From: Escherichia coli
Lineage (GTDB): Bacteria; Pseudomonadota; Gammaproteobacteria; Enterobacterales; Enterobacteriaceae
Direction: 5' to 3' (one strand)
DNA: 64,000 bases
NCBI RefSeq assembly: GCF_016903815.1
Contig: NZ_CP069974.1
Part shown: piece by piece, positions 10,804 through 21,842 of the stretch
Numbering within the stretch: position 1 is the first letter of the stretch
Layout: each line of letters begins with the position of its first letter
Notes under the pieces: model-generated
Seen by the model: the letters and a program-made list of their open reading frames with translations, nothing else
Told to the model about the DNA's origin: nothing
Databases searched by the model: none
Program-made: the position numbers and the translations under genes

Positions 10804-11531
10804 CAGTTGCCCTCCCCGTCACGGATGACATACACATCCATGCACGCACCTGCCAGTAACTGGCTGGCAGGCTGGCTGAACATCACGGCACGGGTTCCCG
10901 GCTGCCAGAAGTCACTTTCCCGGATATTCAGGGCAGACAGCGTTTTATTTTCCACGGCAAAGCGGACCATCTTCAGGTGATTCCCCGTCCATACGGCATC
11001 TGCCACTGAAGACAGCCCCGCCGGGGCCTGCAGGGTTTCCTTTGTCACAGGAACCTGATACCAGCCTGCAGGTAATTTTCCGCCACGGACAGCCTGGCTG
11101 ATGGTCACAAGCAGGGATTCGTAAGGCGTGGACGTTTCCCACGCACCGGCTTCTTCTCCGGTTCCGCGCAGGTCACTGACCAGCTGAATGGTACGCCCCG
11201 CGCCTTCACGGGGAACGGCCTGAATGGAAAGATTCAGACCACGTTCTGTTTCCAGAATGAACGTAAAGGGCTTTTTGTTGACGGTGGCAACCACCACACC
11301 GCCGGAGGCGGTCTGCTCATTATTGGTCAGGGCACCATCCAGACTGTTCACGGCGATAATCCGGTCACCGGGAACGGTAAACAGATTCGGGCTGGTATTG
11401 CTGATGGCAATACTGGCCTGACCACCGTTCACCATTGGCACCACGGTGGGGGACAGCGTACCGTTTGCGGCCATCACGCTGCAGGAAAAAAACAGGCTGC
11501 CGAATATTATTGCCGTATTATTTTTTCTCAT
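10803..11531 (-). CDS. traK: TraK (secretin-like)
   Basis: 242 aa with signal peptide; matches F TraK; operon position. Confidence 0.85.
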   Translation of the reverse strand: MRKNNTAIIFGSLFFSCSVMAANGTLSPTVVPMVNGGQASIAISNTSPNLFTVPGDRIIAVNSLDGALTNNEQTASGGVVVATVNKKPFTFILETERGLNLSIQAVPREGAGRTIQLVSDLRGTGEEAGAWETSTPYESLLVTISQAVRGGKLPAGWYQVPVTKETLQAPAGLSSVADAVWTGNHLKMVRFAVENKTLSALNIRESDFWQPGTRAVMFSQPASQLLAGACMDVYVIRDGEGN

Positions 11532-12084
11532 CGTCTGTTTCCCCGAAATTATCCAGCCAGGTCACCCCGTTTTCCCGCTTCAGAATAAGGATGTAATGTT
11601 TGATATCAGTGAAAGGTTTTGAATCACCAATCCAGGTTTTAAGCACACCACGAATTTCCACACGGCCATACTGAGGCCAGACACGAACACTGGTCTGGAA
11701 AAAGGCTGAGTTCACGTTATCGTTTTTAATACGCTTCGCTTCTTCAGCCAGAATAACTTTCATCTGGTTCTGTGCGCCCGGGCGGATATATTTCAGAAGC
11801 GCCTGATGTGAGGCATCGACGGTTTCTGATGAAACATTCAGACGGAGGGCAATAAATGACAGCGCCATCTGCTGTAAATAAGAGGCGTCGGCACTGTTCT
11901 GTGACACGGCAAAGGGGGCATTAAATGCCATTGGCGTCACGGCAGTGCGTTGCTCATTCTGAAGACGGTAGTTATTCACCCCCTGAATGACGTTAACAGA
12001 GAGGCTGAGAACAATAAGCACTGACATAAATATAAAGGCGATGGCCATTACACGACTGGTACTTAAACGGGCACCGTGTTCCAT
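11518..12084 (-). CDS. traE: TraE
   Basis: 188 aa with N-terminal TM segment; matches F TraE. Confidence 0.85.
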   Translation of the reverse strand: MEHGARLSTSRVMAIAFIFMSVLIVLSLSVNVIQGVNNYRLQNEQRTAVTPMAFNAPFAVSQNSADASYLQQMALSFIALRLNVSSETVDASHQALLKYIRPGAQNQMKVILAEEAKRIKNDNVNSAFFQTSVRVWPQYGRVEIRGVLKTWIGDSKPFTDIKHYILILKRENGVTWLDNFGETDDEKK

Positions 12085-12105
12085 ATAACAATCCTGGTAT
12101 CAGTT

Positions 12106-12417
12106 CTATTTAACCCACTGCCGGAAACACGAATCGGGAACATTATGAAAAATACCGCGCAGCAGGGCTGTTGGCATATACCAGTAAATCAGGTCTCGTA
12201 ACCAGGAACTGCCCCGCCCTTTTTTCAGTTTTTTAATCCCGAAATAAACCAGAACCGCTGCACCAATACCGAACAGATATTTTGATGTTGTGATACCCCA
12301 GCCAATACAGATTGCGGCGGGGATCAGTTCATCCAGTGGCAGGCCAAACCAGCGGCTCTGGTTGGTCAGTGTTTCCGGGAAACGATATTTCTTAAGTTTA
12401 TTCTCGTCTCCCGACAT
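12106..12417 (-). CDS. traL: TraL
   Basis: Small membrane protein downstream of traA; matches F TraL. Confidence 0.8.
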
Positions 12418-12421
12418 CGTT

Positions 12422-12784
12422 TTATTTCAGGCCAACGACGGCCATACCCACAGCAATAAATACAGAGATGATGGCAAAACCGGCCAGGAACTTGACGTTT
12501 TTGGTCATCATGTACATGACCGCACCGACCAGAACTTCAGCCAGAACAACCCATTTAACAACACTGGAGTCCTTACCGAAGGTCGCCTTAACCGTGGTGT
12601 TACCGCTTGCCATCAGGTCCTGGCCCTGTGCTGCCATTGCCAGTTGCGGGAAGAACATCATCAGAACAGCAGCAGGGATCACAGCGCGAGCCAGGCGAAG
12701 CATATTCAGACGAGTGAATTTAGAAAAAAACGATTTCTTTTTGACGGGCGCAGAAGCACCCTGAACACTTAAAAAGGCGTCCAT
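12422..12784 (-). CDS. traA: TraA propilin (F-pilin)
   Basis: ...[48 protein letters not shown]...[55 protein letters not shown] matches F propilin. Confidence 0.9.
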
Positions 12785-12817
12785 ATGATTCCTCTGTTTA
12801 ATATTGATAGATAAAAA

Positions 12818-13045
12818 CTAAAGTTCTTTAAATGTTGACTCGTTCTCTTCGATCACCTCCCTGAATATTTCTTCATTATAGAAATCAGGAAACCGTTTCA
12901 GATGATCTCTGAGACGGATCTGAACCTCTATAGTTTTACTTCTACCGCTACGATCTTTGGCCCGAATAAGTCGGTTATTTGTATCTTCATCGAGATACAC
13001 TGAGACTGTTCTGCTTATCCCGCCTCTCGCGTTACGCCTCCTCAC
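12818..13045 (-). CDS. traY: TraY (ribbon-helix-helix oriT/PY binding protein)
   Basis: 75 aa basic protein between traJ and traA; resembles R100-type TraY. Confidence 0.75.
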   Translation of the reverse strand: MRRRNARGGISRTVSVYLDEDTNNRLIRAKDRSGRSKTIEVQIRLRDHLKRFPDFYNEEIFREVIEENESTFKEL

Positions 13046-13132
13046 TCAATTCACCTCTGTTTCCTGACCAATAAAATCATGATTGCACAGAAATGGCCTG
13101 TCGAAAATGGGCCCAAAACGAGCCCTGCTTTA

Positions 13133-13810
13133 TTACATTTTTTTAACACCCATATATTCACTCAAAACATTTAATATTTCGTACATTACACCTGTCTTAA
13201 TACATTTATTCCTGAACAAATCGAAGGAACCCAATCTTTTATTGATATCCGCATTAATCTTTTTAATCCTTTTTTTAGAAGCCACTTCTGTGATTTTTAA
13301 TTCTTTAGCTATATTTATATGTTTATACCCTAATGCATAGAAACAAAAAACAACCAATGATTTTGCTGTCATATTCGATATAACAGACTGTACATAGCTA
13401 TCACGATGATAATAATTTTCTTTTTCCACACGAAAGAATGGATAGTCAGGAAATATATTAATTTGCCATAGAACAACAGATTCTTCATTATAAAATGAAA
13501 CATTTTCCATCCTTATTTGATAGATTTCTCCATGAAAATTAAAACGACGACAAAATGCGGAACCATGCCCAAGAGACTGGCATTCAAGCTCAAGTGATGA
13601 AAGAAAAATTTCAACCTGCAGACGTACATAACTTTCACCAGAGAAGGGTTTATCTTCTTTGGAAAAGAGTTCAATAAAGGCCCCATTGGCATAAAGGATT
13701 TTCCTTTTTTTGTTACGGACACAAACAGGAACAGGAGAATTCCTGTAGATATTTTGAACGTTAAGAATGTATTTATTTACAGATTGACTGTTAAGTGGCC
13801 TTTCTCTCAT
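13133..13810 (-). CDS. traJ: TraJ transfer activator (variable allele)
   Basis: 225-aa AT-rich ORF between traM and traY; C-terminal HTH-like region; TraJ alleles are highly divergent so the call rests mainly on position. Confidence 0.65.
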   Translation of the reverse strand: MRERPLNSQSVNKYILNVQNIYRNSPVPVCVRNKKRKILYANGAFIELFSKEDKPFSGESYVRLQVEIFLSSLELECQSLGHGSAFCRRFNFHGEIYQIRMENVSFYNEESVVLWQINIFPDYPFFRVEKENYYHRDSYVQSVISNMTAKSLVVFCFYALGYKHINIAKELKITEVASKKRIKKINADINKRLGSFDLFRNKCIKTGVMYEILNVLSEYMGVKKM

Positions 13811-13885
13811 CGGCGATTTTTAATATCAAGTTTTAACGTGGCATTAACCACATAATTAATATAACCTTTATGCGGTTAATTGTCA
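13800..13885 (+). ncRNA. finP: putative FinP antisense RNA region (antisense to traJ leader)
   Basis: Placed by F-plasmid organisation, opposite the traJ RBS and first codons; no structural verification. Confidence 0.25.
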
Positions 13886-13943
13886 TCAAATTGAACCAGA
13901 TCAAAATCCTGTTATTTGAAGCAAATCAACTTTTAATTCTTTT

Positions 13944-14327
13944 TTAACCCTCATCATTTTCTGGAAAGAACCTCTCCATCTCAGATGACACCTTCTCCCT
14001 GATATCTTCGACCATATTCGCATATTCAAACTTTGGATTTCCGGAGACATGAGGACTGAGAGACTCAATACCCAAAATTTTCGCTACTGATGATTGTGTT
14101 TTTACAACGCATTCAAGAAGCAATTTATTAAACTCAGTCTGATTAAATGCAGACTCTTTACGCTCCATCTGAGTCTCATATACACGAAGCCCTAATTCGA
14201 GAAGCATAGTGGATATGCTTGAGAAACTTACATCTGTACTTTTAGCTCCTTCTGCACGTCTTCTTTCCACAATTTTATTTATTTTATAGACAATTTCGTC
14301 ACTGACATAAGCCTGCACTTTCGCCAT
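13944..14327 (-). CDS. traM: TraM (oriT-binding relaxosome protein)
   Basis: 127 aa MAKVQAYVSDEIVYKINKIVERRRAEGAKSTDVSFSSISTMLLELGLRVYE... matches F-family TraM. Confidence 0.9.
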   Translation of the reverse strand: MAKVQAYVSDEIVYKINKIVERRRAEGAKSTDVSFSSISTMLLELGLRVYETQMERKESAFNQTEFNKLLLECVVKTQSSVAKILGIESLSPHVSGNPKFEYANMVEDIREKVSSEMERFFPENDEG

Positions 14328-14329
14328 AT

Positions 14330-14700
14330 GTATACCTCTTTATTTTCTTATCGCATCAAATTTATTTCACATATAAAAAAAAGACAATTCATCGATGAAT
14401 CGAATCGTGACGCAAGTTACGAAAATTACGATTCATGCAGCAAATCACATCACGAATTGAATCTAGAGTCAATTCGCTTTAACTCGTTGTTTTATTATTA
14501 CTGATTCATCTATGAGTTGTGTTAAATTCATTGGTGAATCATATGCGATTCACCAATGAATCCTTTTTATAATGTAAAATAAATTAAAATACATTATTTA
14601 AAACATAAGTTAATGATTCAAGTAGCAAATCAGCAAAAACTTGTTTTTGCGTAGTGTGTGGTGCTTTTGGTGGTGAGAACCACCAACCTGTTGAGCCTTT
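14330..14700. other. oriT region with predicted nic site near 14660/14661 and TraM-binding inverted repeats
   Basis: GCGTAGTGTGT/GGTGCTTTTGGTGGTGAGAACCACC resembles the F nic region; AT-rich IHF-like tracts; inverted repeats TTCATTGGTGAATC...GATTCACCAATGAATC around 14530-14570. Confidence 0.6.
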
Positions 14701-14750
14701 TTGTGGAGTGGGTTAAATTATTTACGGATAAAGTCACCAGAGGTGGAAAA

Positions 14751-15260
14751 ATGAAAAAATGGATGTTAGCCATCTGCCTGATGTTTATAAATGAGATCTG
14801 CCAAGCCACTGATTGCTTTGATCTTGCAGGCCGGGATTACAAAATAGATCCTGATTTACTGAGAGCAATATCATGGCAAGAATCCCGTTACCGGGTTAAT
14901 GCCATCGGTATTAATCCGGTAACGGGATATGGCAGCGGACTGATGCAGGTAGATTCCCAGCATTTTAACGAACTGGCCCGCTACGGAATTAAGCCAGAAC
15001 ATCTGACAACAGATCCCTGCATGAACATTTATACCGGTGCTTATTATCTGGCAATAGCATTTAAAAAATGGGGCGTCACCTGGGAGGCCGTTGGTGCATA
15101 CAATGCCGGATTCAGGAAAACCGAACGCCAGAACCAGAGACGTCTTGCCTACGCATCAGATGTTTACCGGATTTATACCGGGATAAAAAGCAGTAAAGGT
15201 ATCCGGCTTCCGGCCACGAAGAAATCACTTCCGGAAATTAACAGCGTGCAGAACAATTAA
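14751..15260 (+). CDS. gene X / orf169 lytic transglycosylase (P19 family)
   Basis: 169 aa from [11 protein letters not shown] with signal peptide and SLT-like ...[14 protein letters not shown]...GLMQV... motif; adjacent to oriT as in F/R1. Confidence 0.8.
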   Translation: MKKWMLAICLMFINEICQATDCFDLAGRDYKIDPDLLRAISWQESRYRVNAIGINPVTGYGSGLMQVDSQHFNELARYGIKPEHLTTDPCMNIYTGAYYLAIAFKKWGVTWEAVGAYNAGFRKTERQNQRRLAYASDVYRIYTGIKSSKGIRLPATKKSLPEINSVQNN

Positions 15261-15528
15261 TCTTACAGACATTGTCAGATACCGGTTATGCCGCAAAAGC
15301 GGCATGGAAGGCCACACACAAAAATATCATATGAGTGACAATACTGACTGGCCGAAGCCCCGCGAAGCGGGAACCCATCTTATATATACCCGGTAACTGC
15401 GCAGCCTCCTGCCAGACCATTTTTCGCAGGCACAATATTTACAGACAACCGGAAAGCCGGTTGATGAAATTGAGGTATATCAGACGACACAGCAATGCCG
15501 AAAAATGATAATATAAGTAAAGCCCCGA

Positions 15529-15558
15529 AAATTTTTTCGGGGCTTTACTTATATTATC
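15529..15558. terminator. bidirectional rho-independent terminator hairpin
   Basis: Near-perfect palindrome AAAGCCCCGAAAA/TTTTCGGGGCTTT with flanking A/T runs between convergent gene X and orf273. Confidence 0.5.
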
Positions 15559-16378
15559 ATGACTTCCACTTTCTGAACTGTTCGGCAATCACCCATAACG
15601 CCTTGTTGATTCTTATATCACCATCAATACCTGTAATGGCTCTTGTCCTGGTATTTTTCCCGGAGGCACTTCGCCCCGATAATCCACCTTTTATCATATT
15701 CTCCTGAACCCGCTGCCAGGTTGTCCAGAGATCGTTCTGTTTGTCTTCCCGACGACGGGGAGTAATTATCTGTTCAGGTGTCACTGGCGTTTTATTTTCA
15801 TCTTCATACCTGACCATCAGTGCAGCTCTGCCAAATAAATGTTGCTCGTCACTGTTAAGATGAATTTCTTTCATCGCCTCCATATTATCAGTGACCTTAT
15901 CAAAGACACCGAGCACTTCATACGCTCCCTCGATAACCTGCCCGACAATATCACCTTTATGTGGAACGCGGATTTCGCCAAAATTATTTCCGCACACCAG
16001 GCCATTTGTGCAGACAAAACGAAAAATTCCGGGGATCATCTGATAACTGGATGAACCATCATGTGAATTAAGCAGGATAATTTCAGGAACTTCCTGTCCG
16101 TTAATATGCCCTTCCCTGCGAAGACGTAACATATGTTTACTGTATTCGCGACGTCCCAAATCACGAACCCGACTCTGACAGGCAAAGAATGGCTGGAAAC
16201 CTTCATCACGTAACTTATTGATGATATTGATTGTTGGAATATACGTATAACGTTCACTCCGGGACTCATGTTTATCACCGGAAAATACCGAAGGCACGAA
16301 CTGCATTAATTCATCATCCGTTAAAGGACGTTCACGGCGGATGGAATTATACCGACCAAAACGGGAAGCTAATCGCAT
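15557..16378 (-). CDS. leading-region orf273-like protein (DUF932-like)
   Basis: 273 aa from MRLASRFGRYNS...; position next to oriT as in the F leading region. Confidence 0.6.
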   Translation of the reverse strand: MRLASRFGRYNSIRRERPLTDDELMQFVPSVFSGDKHESRSERYTYIPTINIINKLRDEGFQPFFACQSRVRDLGRREYSKHMLRLRREGHINGQEVPEIILLNSHDGSSSYQMIPGIFRFVCTNGLVCGNNFGEIRVPHKGDIVGQVIEGAYEVLGVFDKVTDNMEAMKEIHLNSDEQHLFGRAALMVRYEDENKTPVTPEQIITPRRREDKQNDLWTTWQRVQENMIKGGLSGRSASGKNTRTRAITGIDGDIRINKALWVIAEQFRKWKS

Positions 16379-16496
16379 AACAGCTACTCCTTTATGAAAG
16401 AATAAATTTAATAAAAAATTTTTCCGCTTAATATCATCCCCCCCGATCTCCATTAACAAGATTGCAACAATCAGGAGGGGTATTCATCACATCCGG

Positions 16497-16784
16497 TCAG
16501 CAGATCGCCCGGATATCGAGGCCGGCACGCTTAATCTGACGCAGGAACTGTTTGAAGTGATCGGCTTCCGCAATGTTGATATGGCGGAACTGCTTATCCA
16601 CACCCTGACTGAGCGCGTAGCTATAACTGAAGGCCATCTTTTCCGGGTGGCTTTTGCGATATTTTTTCAGCTCAGTCAGGCTGCTGAATTCCAGGACGTC
16701 CCACTCTTCCCCGGTGTTTTTTTTCTTCCCGGCAACAAGAAGCGTGTACGACGCGGTGTTAACGTGGATATTTCGGGTACTCAT
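16497..16784 (-). CDS. leading-region orf95-like small protein
   Basis: 95-aa ORF with RBS GGAGAAAGCAGG immediately downstream (minus strand) of the GC-rich repeat. Confidence 0.55.
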   Translation of the reverse strand: MSTRNIHVNTASYTLLVAGKKKNTGEEWDVLEFSSLTELKKYRKSHPEKMAFSYSYALSQGVDKQFRHINIAEADHFKQFLRQIKRAGLDIRAIC

Positions 16785-16810
16785 CCTGCTTTCTCCTCTC
16801 TCTGGTTTTC

Positions 16811-17392
16811 AGCCCCCATCATCTGTTGAGTTTCGGGAGCCGCGGTTTTGACGTTTTGCGGGGACCTGCCTTTTGTTCCCTCCGGTATTCACCATCACCT
16901 TTTTGAGAACCTTCGCCGCAAGGGGCATCACTGCCACGGACGGAAACGACTGTCCGGGGGCAGACCGCAAAAGTTTTTGCCTGCTTCTGGGCAAAAAGTT
17001 TTGCGGGATGTGCATTTCACCCCTGGACTGGCGGAGACGGTTGTGGCTGTCTTTGCCCCCGGCGACAGGGGCTTAAACAGGTGAATGGCACCGGACAGAA
17101 CAACGGGCAGGGACCCGCCGCAACGACGTGAAGCGCGGTTTGCGAAACGGCGTTGCCCCTTACATCCCGGCGGTCTTTTGCCGGGATGCCAGGAGCGCAG
17201 GCCACGGCGCGACAGAGGCGGCGCGACCGGAACGGTCGCTGCAAGCCAGGGGTTTTCACGCATCGGACCGTAGCGACAGCCCGAAACCGCGCCAGCGGGT
17301 TCGGCGGAGACTGGCAGGTGCGCCAGCAGCTGCCTGTCGGAGTCGGGCCTGACGACCGGATGCCGCCAGGCAGCCGGGAGCCGAAGGTGCGC
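16811..17392. repeat. GC-rich structured repeat copy 1 (candidate Frpo/ssi-type ssDNA promoter), abutting intron copy 1
   Basis: ~0.57-kb sequence repeated at 28596-29177 (near-identical) and 34285-34848 (diverged in the first ~250 nt); sits ~27 nt upstream of the orf95 start on the minus strand; multiple hairpins, e.g. GCGACCG-GAA-CGGTCGC. Confidence 0.45.
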
Positions 17393-19776
17393 GTGCGACA
17401 GGAAGTCGCTTAACGTATTGTTTTACATTGATAAAACCAGCTATCCCATTAGCTGTAGCCTACCGGGACAGGCGTTGCCGGCAACGGCGGGGTCTGAAGC
17501 TCCCGGGACAACGAGAGCCGGGCGTCAGCCCGGGTAATGCCCCGTGAGGGGCTTTACCTTGCTGCAAGCATCATGCGGCAGGAGAGCAAGGCTGGTCAGA
17601 AGGGTTAACACATGTGAACTGTTGATAAACACCGTTATCGGCAACAGGCCAAAGATGCTGACAGGCCTGAACCAAAAGGTACGGGGTCCGGTTGCTACCT
17701 CGCGCACAGGGAGCACATGGGCGCAGAGACCCCCGGTGAAGAGACAGAACCCGCCCTGACCCTCTGTATGTTAAGCGGAACCTGGTAAACCCGTATCGCT
17801 GCCTCACAGGCAGGTGAACCGCAAGGAACACTGTTAGCGGTGCGGGCATAGGAGGACGGAAAAAGCGAATGCCCGGCTGTAATAACCGGGATACGGGGCA
17901 GGTTCCCCGACGCGAAAGCGGGCAGACTTCCGTCTGGTCTTTAATTGCATGAAAAGCTGTAAAGCAGTCAAAAGGATATCAGCGAGATGAATACACACAT
18001 CAGTGTGTCCACGATACCCCACCCGACAGGCTGGCACACCATAAACTGGAAAGCATGCCATGCCCGGGTGCGAAAGCTACAGTTACGGATTGCAAAGGCA
18101 ACCCGACAGCAACAATGGCGGCAGGTCAGAGAACTACAGCGCATCCTCACCCGCTCATTCTCCGGCAAAGCCGTGGCTGTCAGGCGTGTAACTGAAAATA
18201 CCGGTAAAAGGACACCCGGTATTGACGGAAAAATATGGCACACACCGAAGGAGAAATGGGAAGGAATATGCAGCCTGAATCTGTGTGGTTACAGGCCACA
18301 GCCACTACGGCGAATACATATCCCAAAATCAAACGGCAAAACGCGACCGCTGGGCATACCCACAATGAGGGACCGGGCCATGCAGGCACTGTGGCTGCTG
18401 GCTCTGGAACCCGTATCCGAGACCACTGCTGACCATAACAGCTATGGTTTCAGACCAATGCGCAGCACGCATGACGCCATTGAGTCCATTTTTCTGCGGA
18501 TGAGCCAGAAAGTATCGCCCAAATGGATACTGGAGGGCGATATTAAAGGGTGCTTCGATAACATCAGCCATGACTGGCTGCTTTCCCATATTCCGATGGA
18601 CAGGAGACTGCTTAAAAAATGGTTGAAAGCAGGTTACATGGAAAGAGGCGTGTTTAACCATACGAACAGCGGGACACCGCAGGGAGGCATCATATCCCCT
18701 GTTCTCGCCAACATGGCTCTGGACGGACTGGAGAAGGAACTGATGCAAACGTTCAGGAAAAGTGGTTATCACAGTGCAAAGCACCAGGTGAATTATGTGA
18801 GATATGCTGATGATTTCATCTGTTCAGGCAGCTCCCGTGAATTGCTGGAAAATGAGGTCAGACCACTGATTGCAGCTTTCATGCGCGAACGAGGGCTGGA
18901 ACTGTCGGAAGAAAAAACAGCGATCACACATATAGATAAAGGCTTCGACTTTTTAGGGCAGAACGTCAGGAAGTACAACGGTAAAATGCTGATTAAACCG
19001 TCGAAGAAAAACCTGAAGAACTTCCTCTGTAAAGTCAGAGAAATAATTAAACGCAATCCGACGCTCCCGGCATGGAAACTGATAGGCCAGCTAAACCCGG
19101 TGATCCGGGGATGGGCTACCTATCACCGACACGTCGTGGCGAAAGAAACATTTAATTATGTCGACACCCAAATCTGGCGAGCTATATGGCGATGGTGTGT
19201 AAGACGGCATCCCCGGAAAGGATTGCGGTGGATCGCCGGACGATACTTCTCCTTTGAAGGCAGGCGCTGGATCTTTAAAGCCATAACCCCGGAAGGGAAA
19301 ATTCTGACACTCTTCCGGGCAATGGAAACACCGATAAAGCGCCATATAAAAATCAAAGGCGAAGCAACACCATACACCCCCGGAATGGAAATCTACTTTG
19401 AACGTCGTCTGGATCTAATCTGGAAAGGCAAATCAAAGAAGATGAAGACAGTAGTTCAACTCTGGAAGAGGCAGGGGAAACACTGTCCGCAGTGCGGACA
19501 ACTCATAACCAACCAGACCGGATGGAATATACATCACCGGATCAGGAAAGTTATGGGCGGCAGTGACGAACTGACCAATCTCGAGTTGTTACATCCGAAC
19601 TGCCACCGACAGTTACACAGCAGGGAAGCCGGTGCTCACCGAAAGCACTTATAAAGGCTTGAGCGGAGTGCGGGGAAACTCGCACGCTCCGTTCTTAGGG
19701 GGCGGCGGCGCAGCAATGTGCCGCTGCTACCCGACCCGGCAGACAGGACAACACTGCAGTAGTCAGAATCAGAGCA
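17393..19776 (+). mobile_element. group II intron copy 1 (RT-maturase-HNH IEP); 3' boundary approximate
   Basis: Starts GTGCGACAGGAAGTCGC; 555-aa IEP in domain IV; domain V-like hairpin GAGCGGAGTGCGGGGAAACTCGCACGCTCCGTTC at 19661-19694; identity with copies 2 and 3 extends to ~19776, true 3' splice site probably within 19735-19776. Confidence 0.75.
17987..19654 (+). CDS. group II intron-encoded reverse transcriptase/maturase with HNH endonuclease domain
   Basis: RT motifs (GTPQGGIISP, YVRYADDF), maturase region, C-terminal CPQCG...HH...HPNCHRQLH. Confidence 0.9.
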   Translation: MNTHISVSTIPHPTGWHTINWKACHARVRKLQLRIAKATRQQQWRQVRELQRILTRSFSGKAVAVRRVTENTGKRTPGIDGKIWHTPKEKWEGICSLNLCGYRPQPLRRIHIPKSNGKTRPLGIPTMRDRAMQALWLLALEPVSETTADHNSYGFRPMRSTHDAIESIFLRMSQKVSPKWILEGDIKGCFDNISHDWLLSHIPMDRRLLKKWLKAGYMERGVFNHTNSGTPQGGIISPVLANMALDGLEKELMQTFRKSGYHSAKHQVNYVRYADDFICSGSSRELLENEVRPLIAAFMRERGLELSEEKTAITHIDKGFDFLGQNVRKYNGKMLIKPSKKNLKNFLCKVREIIKRNPTLPAWKLIGQLNPVIRGWATYHRHVVAKETFNYVDTQIWRAIWRWCVRRHPRKGLRWIAGRYFSFEGRRWIFKAITPEGKILTLFRAMETPIKRHIKIKGEATPYTPGMEIYFERRLDLIWKGKSKKMKTVVQLWKRQGKHCPQCGQLITNQTGWNIHHRIRKVMGGSDELTNLELLHPNCHRQLHSREAGAHRKHL

Positions 19777-20048
19777 GGAAGAAAAAGAGAATAATCACAG
19801 GGAAGGTGATGTGATTTCTGACAGGCCATAACCAGAGAAGGCGGGGGAAAAGAACGGGCGCCGCAGGCGCGCGTTCATCCCCGTTCCTGAAGGGAAACGA
19901 CCTTCCTGAAGTCAGGTTGTTCATGCCCGTACAACATCAGCAAGGAGAAAGGGGCTACCGGCGAACCAGCAGCCCCTTTATAAAGGCGCTTCAGTAGTCA
20001 GACCAGCATCAGTCCTGAAAAGGCGGGCCTGCGCCCGCCTCCAGGTTG

Positions 20049-20207
20049 CTACTTACCGGATTCGTAAGCCATGAAAGCCGCCACCTCTCTGTGTCCGTCT
20101 CTGTAACGAATCTCGCACAGCGATTTTCGTGTCAGATAAGTGAATATCAACAGTGTGAGACACACGATCAACACACACCAGACAAGGGAACTTCGTGGTA
20201 GTTTCAT
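20049..20207 (-). CDS. hok: Hok-family type I toxin (hok/flmA)
   Basis: 52 aa [52 protein letters not shown] matches Hok. Confidence 0.9.
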   Translation of the reverse strand: MKLPRSSLVWCVLIVCLTLLIFTYLTRKSLCEIRYRDGHREVAAFMAYESGK

Positions 20208-20313
20208 GGCCTTCTTCTCCTTGCGCAAAGCGCGGTAAGAGGCTATCCTGATGTGGACTAGACATAGGGATGCCTCGTGGTGGTTAATGTACTGACCCCA
20301 AAAAGTTGGACAG

Positions 20314-21165
20314 TTAAACACGAGGCATATAGGTCTGATTCCGATATTCAATTGGAGTCAGACCTTTTAATTTCAGGCTAATTCTTCTGCTGTTGTAGTA
20401 TTCAATATATTCCGTAACAGCATCCTTCAGTTCGCTTATATTACTGAACTCATCAAGATAAAAACACTCCGACTTTAAGGTTCCAAAGAAACACTCCACC
20501 ACAGCATTATCCAGACAATTGCCTTTTCTGGACATGCTTTGTTTAATACCATGTTCTTTAAGGATATTTTGATATCTTCTCATACGATACTGCCATCCCT
20601 GGTCAGAGTGCAGAACAGGATGCTCGTGAGGATTAAGCTTTTTGAATGCCTGATCGAGCATATTCTCAACCATGTTCATCACTGGTCTTTCCGAAAGGCT
20701 GTAAGAAATAACTTCGTTGTTGAAGAGATCTATTACTGGAGACAAATACAGCTTGCGCCCATTGACTGCAAATTCAGTAACATCGGTAACCCACTTCTCG
20801 TTTGGCCGCGTAGCCTTGAAATCTCTTTGGAGAACATTAGGGGCGGTTTGCCCTACCTCTCCTCTGTAAGAGCGGTATCGCTTGACCTTAATCGCTGCTT
20901 TAAGTGAGAGGGTTCCCATCAGGCGCTGAACAGCTTTATGGTTAATCTGTTTCCCTTCTCGATGAAGAGACAGCGTTACCCTACGGTATCCGTATCGGCC
21001 TCTATTCTCGTGATAAATCTCACTAATACGCTTTTTAACGTCCGCATACTTGTCAGGCTTGCTGAGAGCCTTTAGATGATAATAAAACGTACTGCGCGGT
21101 ATCTCCGCAGCCCTGAGAAGCTCATCAAGAGGATAAAACTGCCTTAGCTCGTTGAGTACTTTCAC
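20314..21165 (-). CDS. insK: IS150 OrfB (InsK) transposase catalytic part
   Basis: 283 aa with DDE integrase-like region; overlaps orfA as in IS3-family frameshift arrangement. Confidence 0.85.
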
Positions 21166-21683
21166 TTTTTCGTGGGATGAGCTAAGGCTTTCAGCTTTTT
21201 TAGATACATAAGCCGCGTTTCAAGAAATCGAACTTGCCTTTCAAGATCCTCAATGCGTCGGTCTTTTGACAGCTCCAATGCTGATGCCGCTTTTTCTGGA
21301 TCAACTGATATTGCAATGTTTCTTTTGGTGCCAATCTTGAGCGCGCGTAAACCAGCTTCTCCGCGCTCTTCATAGACCTTCAGCCACCTGGCTACAGAAC
21401 CACTACCAGCAAGCATAAAGTGAGCAGCAGCCTGATTAAGGGACATGTGCTGCTCGATCACAGCTTTCACGACCTTAATACGCAACTCTGGATCAGCACT
21501 AACGCCTTTAGGTTTGGGAATTAAACCTTTTTCTCCATGTTTTTCATAGAGGGCAACCCATGTCCTGACCTGGGTTCGGGGGACACCAAAACGTGCCGAG
21601 ATGATCCTGTAACCATCATCAGTTGTGAAGTAGTGATTCACGACTTCAAGGCGCTTTTCAAAAGGGTATTTTGGCTTTGACAT
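21162..21683 (-). CDS. insJ: IS150 OrfA (InsJ)
   Basis: 173 aa MSKPKYPFEKRLEVVNHYFTTDDGYRIISARFGVPRTQVRTWV... HTH, leucine-zipper-like C-terminus. Confidence 0.85.
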   Translation of the reverse strand: MSKPKYPFEKRLEVVNHYFTTDDGYRIISARFGVPRTQVRTWVALYEKHGEKGLIPKPKGVSADPELRIKVVKAVIEQHMSLNQAAAHFMLAGSGSVARWLKVYEERGEAGLRALKIGTKRNIAISVDPEKAASALELSKDRRIEDLERQVRFLETRLMYLKKLKALAHPTKK

Positions 21684-21842
21684 ATTAGGGGCTATTCCAT
21701 TTCATCGTCCAACAAAATGGGTGCAGTACAAGCGCCGGGCACATCATAGCCCATATACCTGCACGCTGACCACACTCACTTTCCCTGAAAATAATCCGCT
21801 CATTCAGACCGTTCACGGGAAATCCGTGTGATTGTTGCCGCA

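Larger units (their letters stand above)
20288..21730 (-). mobile_element. IS150 (IS3 family), about 1443 bp
   Basis: Ends TGTACTGACCCCAAAAAGTTGGACAG (20288-) and reverse complement of TGTACTGCACCCATTTTGTTGGACGATG (-21730); encodes InsJ/InsK. Confidence 0.85.

Noticed and set aside
16848-17413. Several 60-90 aa GC-rich ORFs on both strands (also at 28633-29198 and 34307-34869)
   Set aside because: They lie inside the triplicated structured repeat, overlap each other on both strands, lack convincing RBS and have Arg/Pro/Gly-rich composition typical of GC-rich non-coding DNA.
20049-20351. 100-aa ORF extending hok upstream
   Set aside because: The N-terminal extension reads into the IS150 terminus; only the 52-aa Hok part is credible.
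20288-21730. Target-site duplication for IS150 (and likewise for IS1 at 60257-61025)
   Set aside because: The immediately flanking bases do not form matching 3-bp (IS150) or 8-9-bp (IS1) direct repeats, so none is reported; boundaries could be off by a base or the elements mediated rearrangements.
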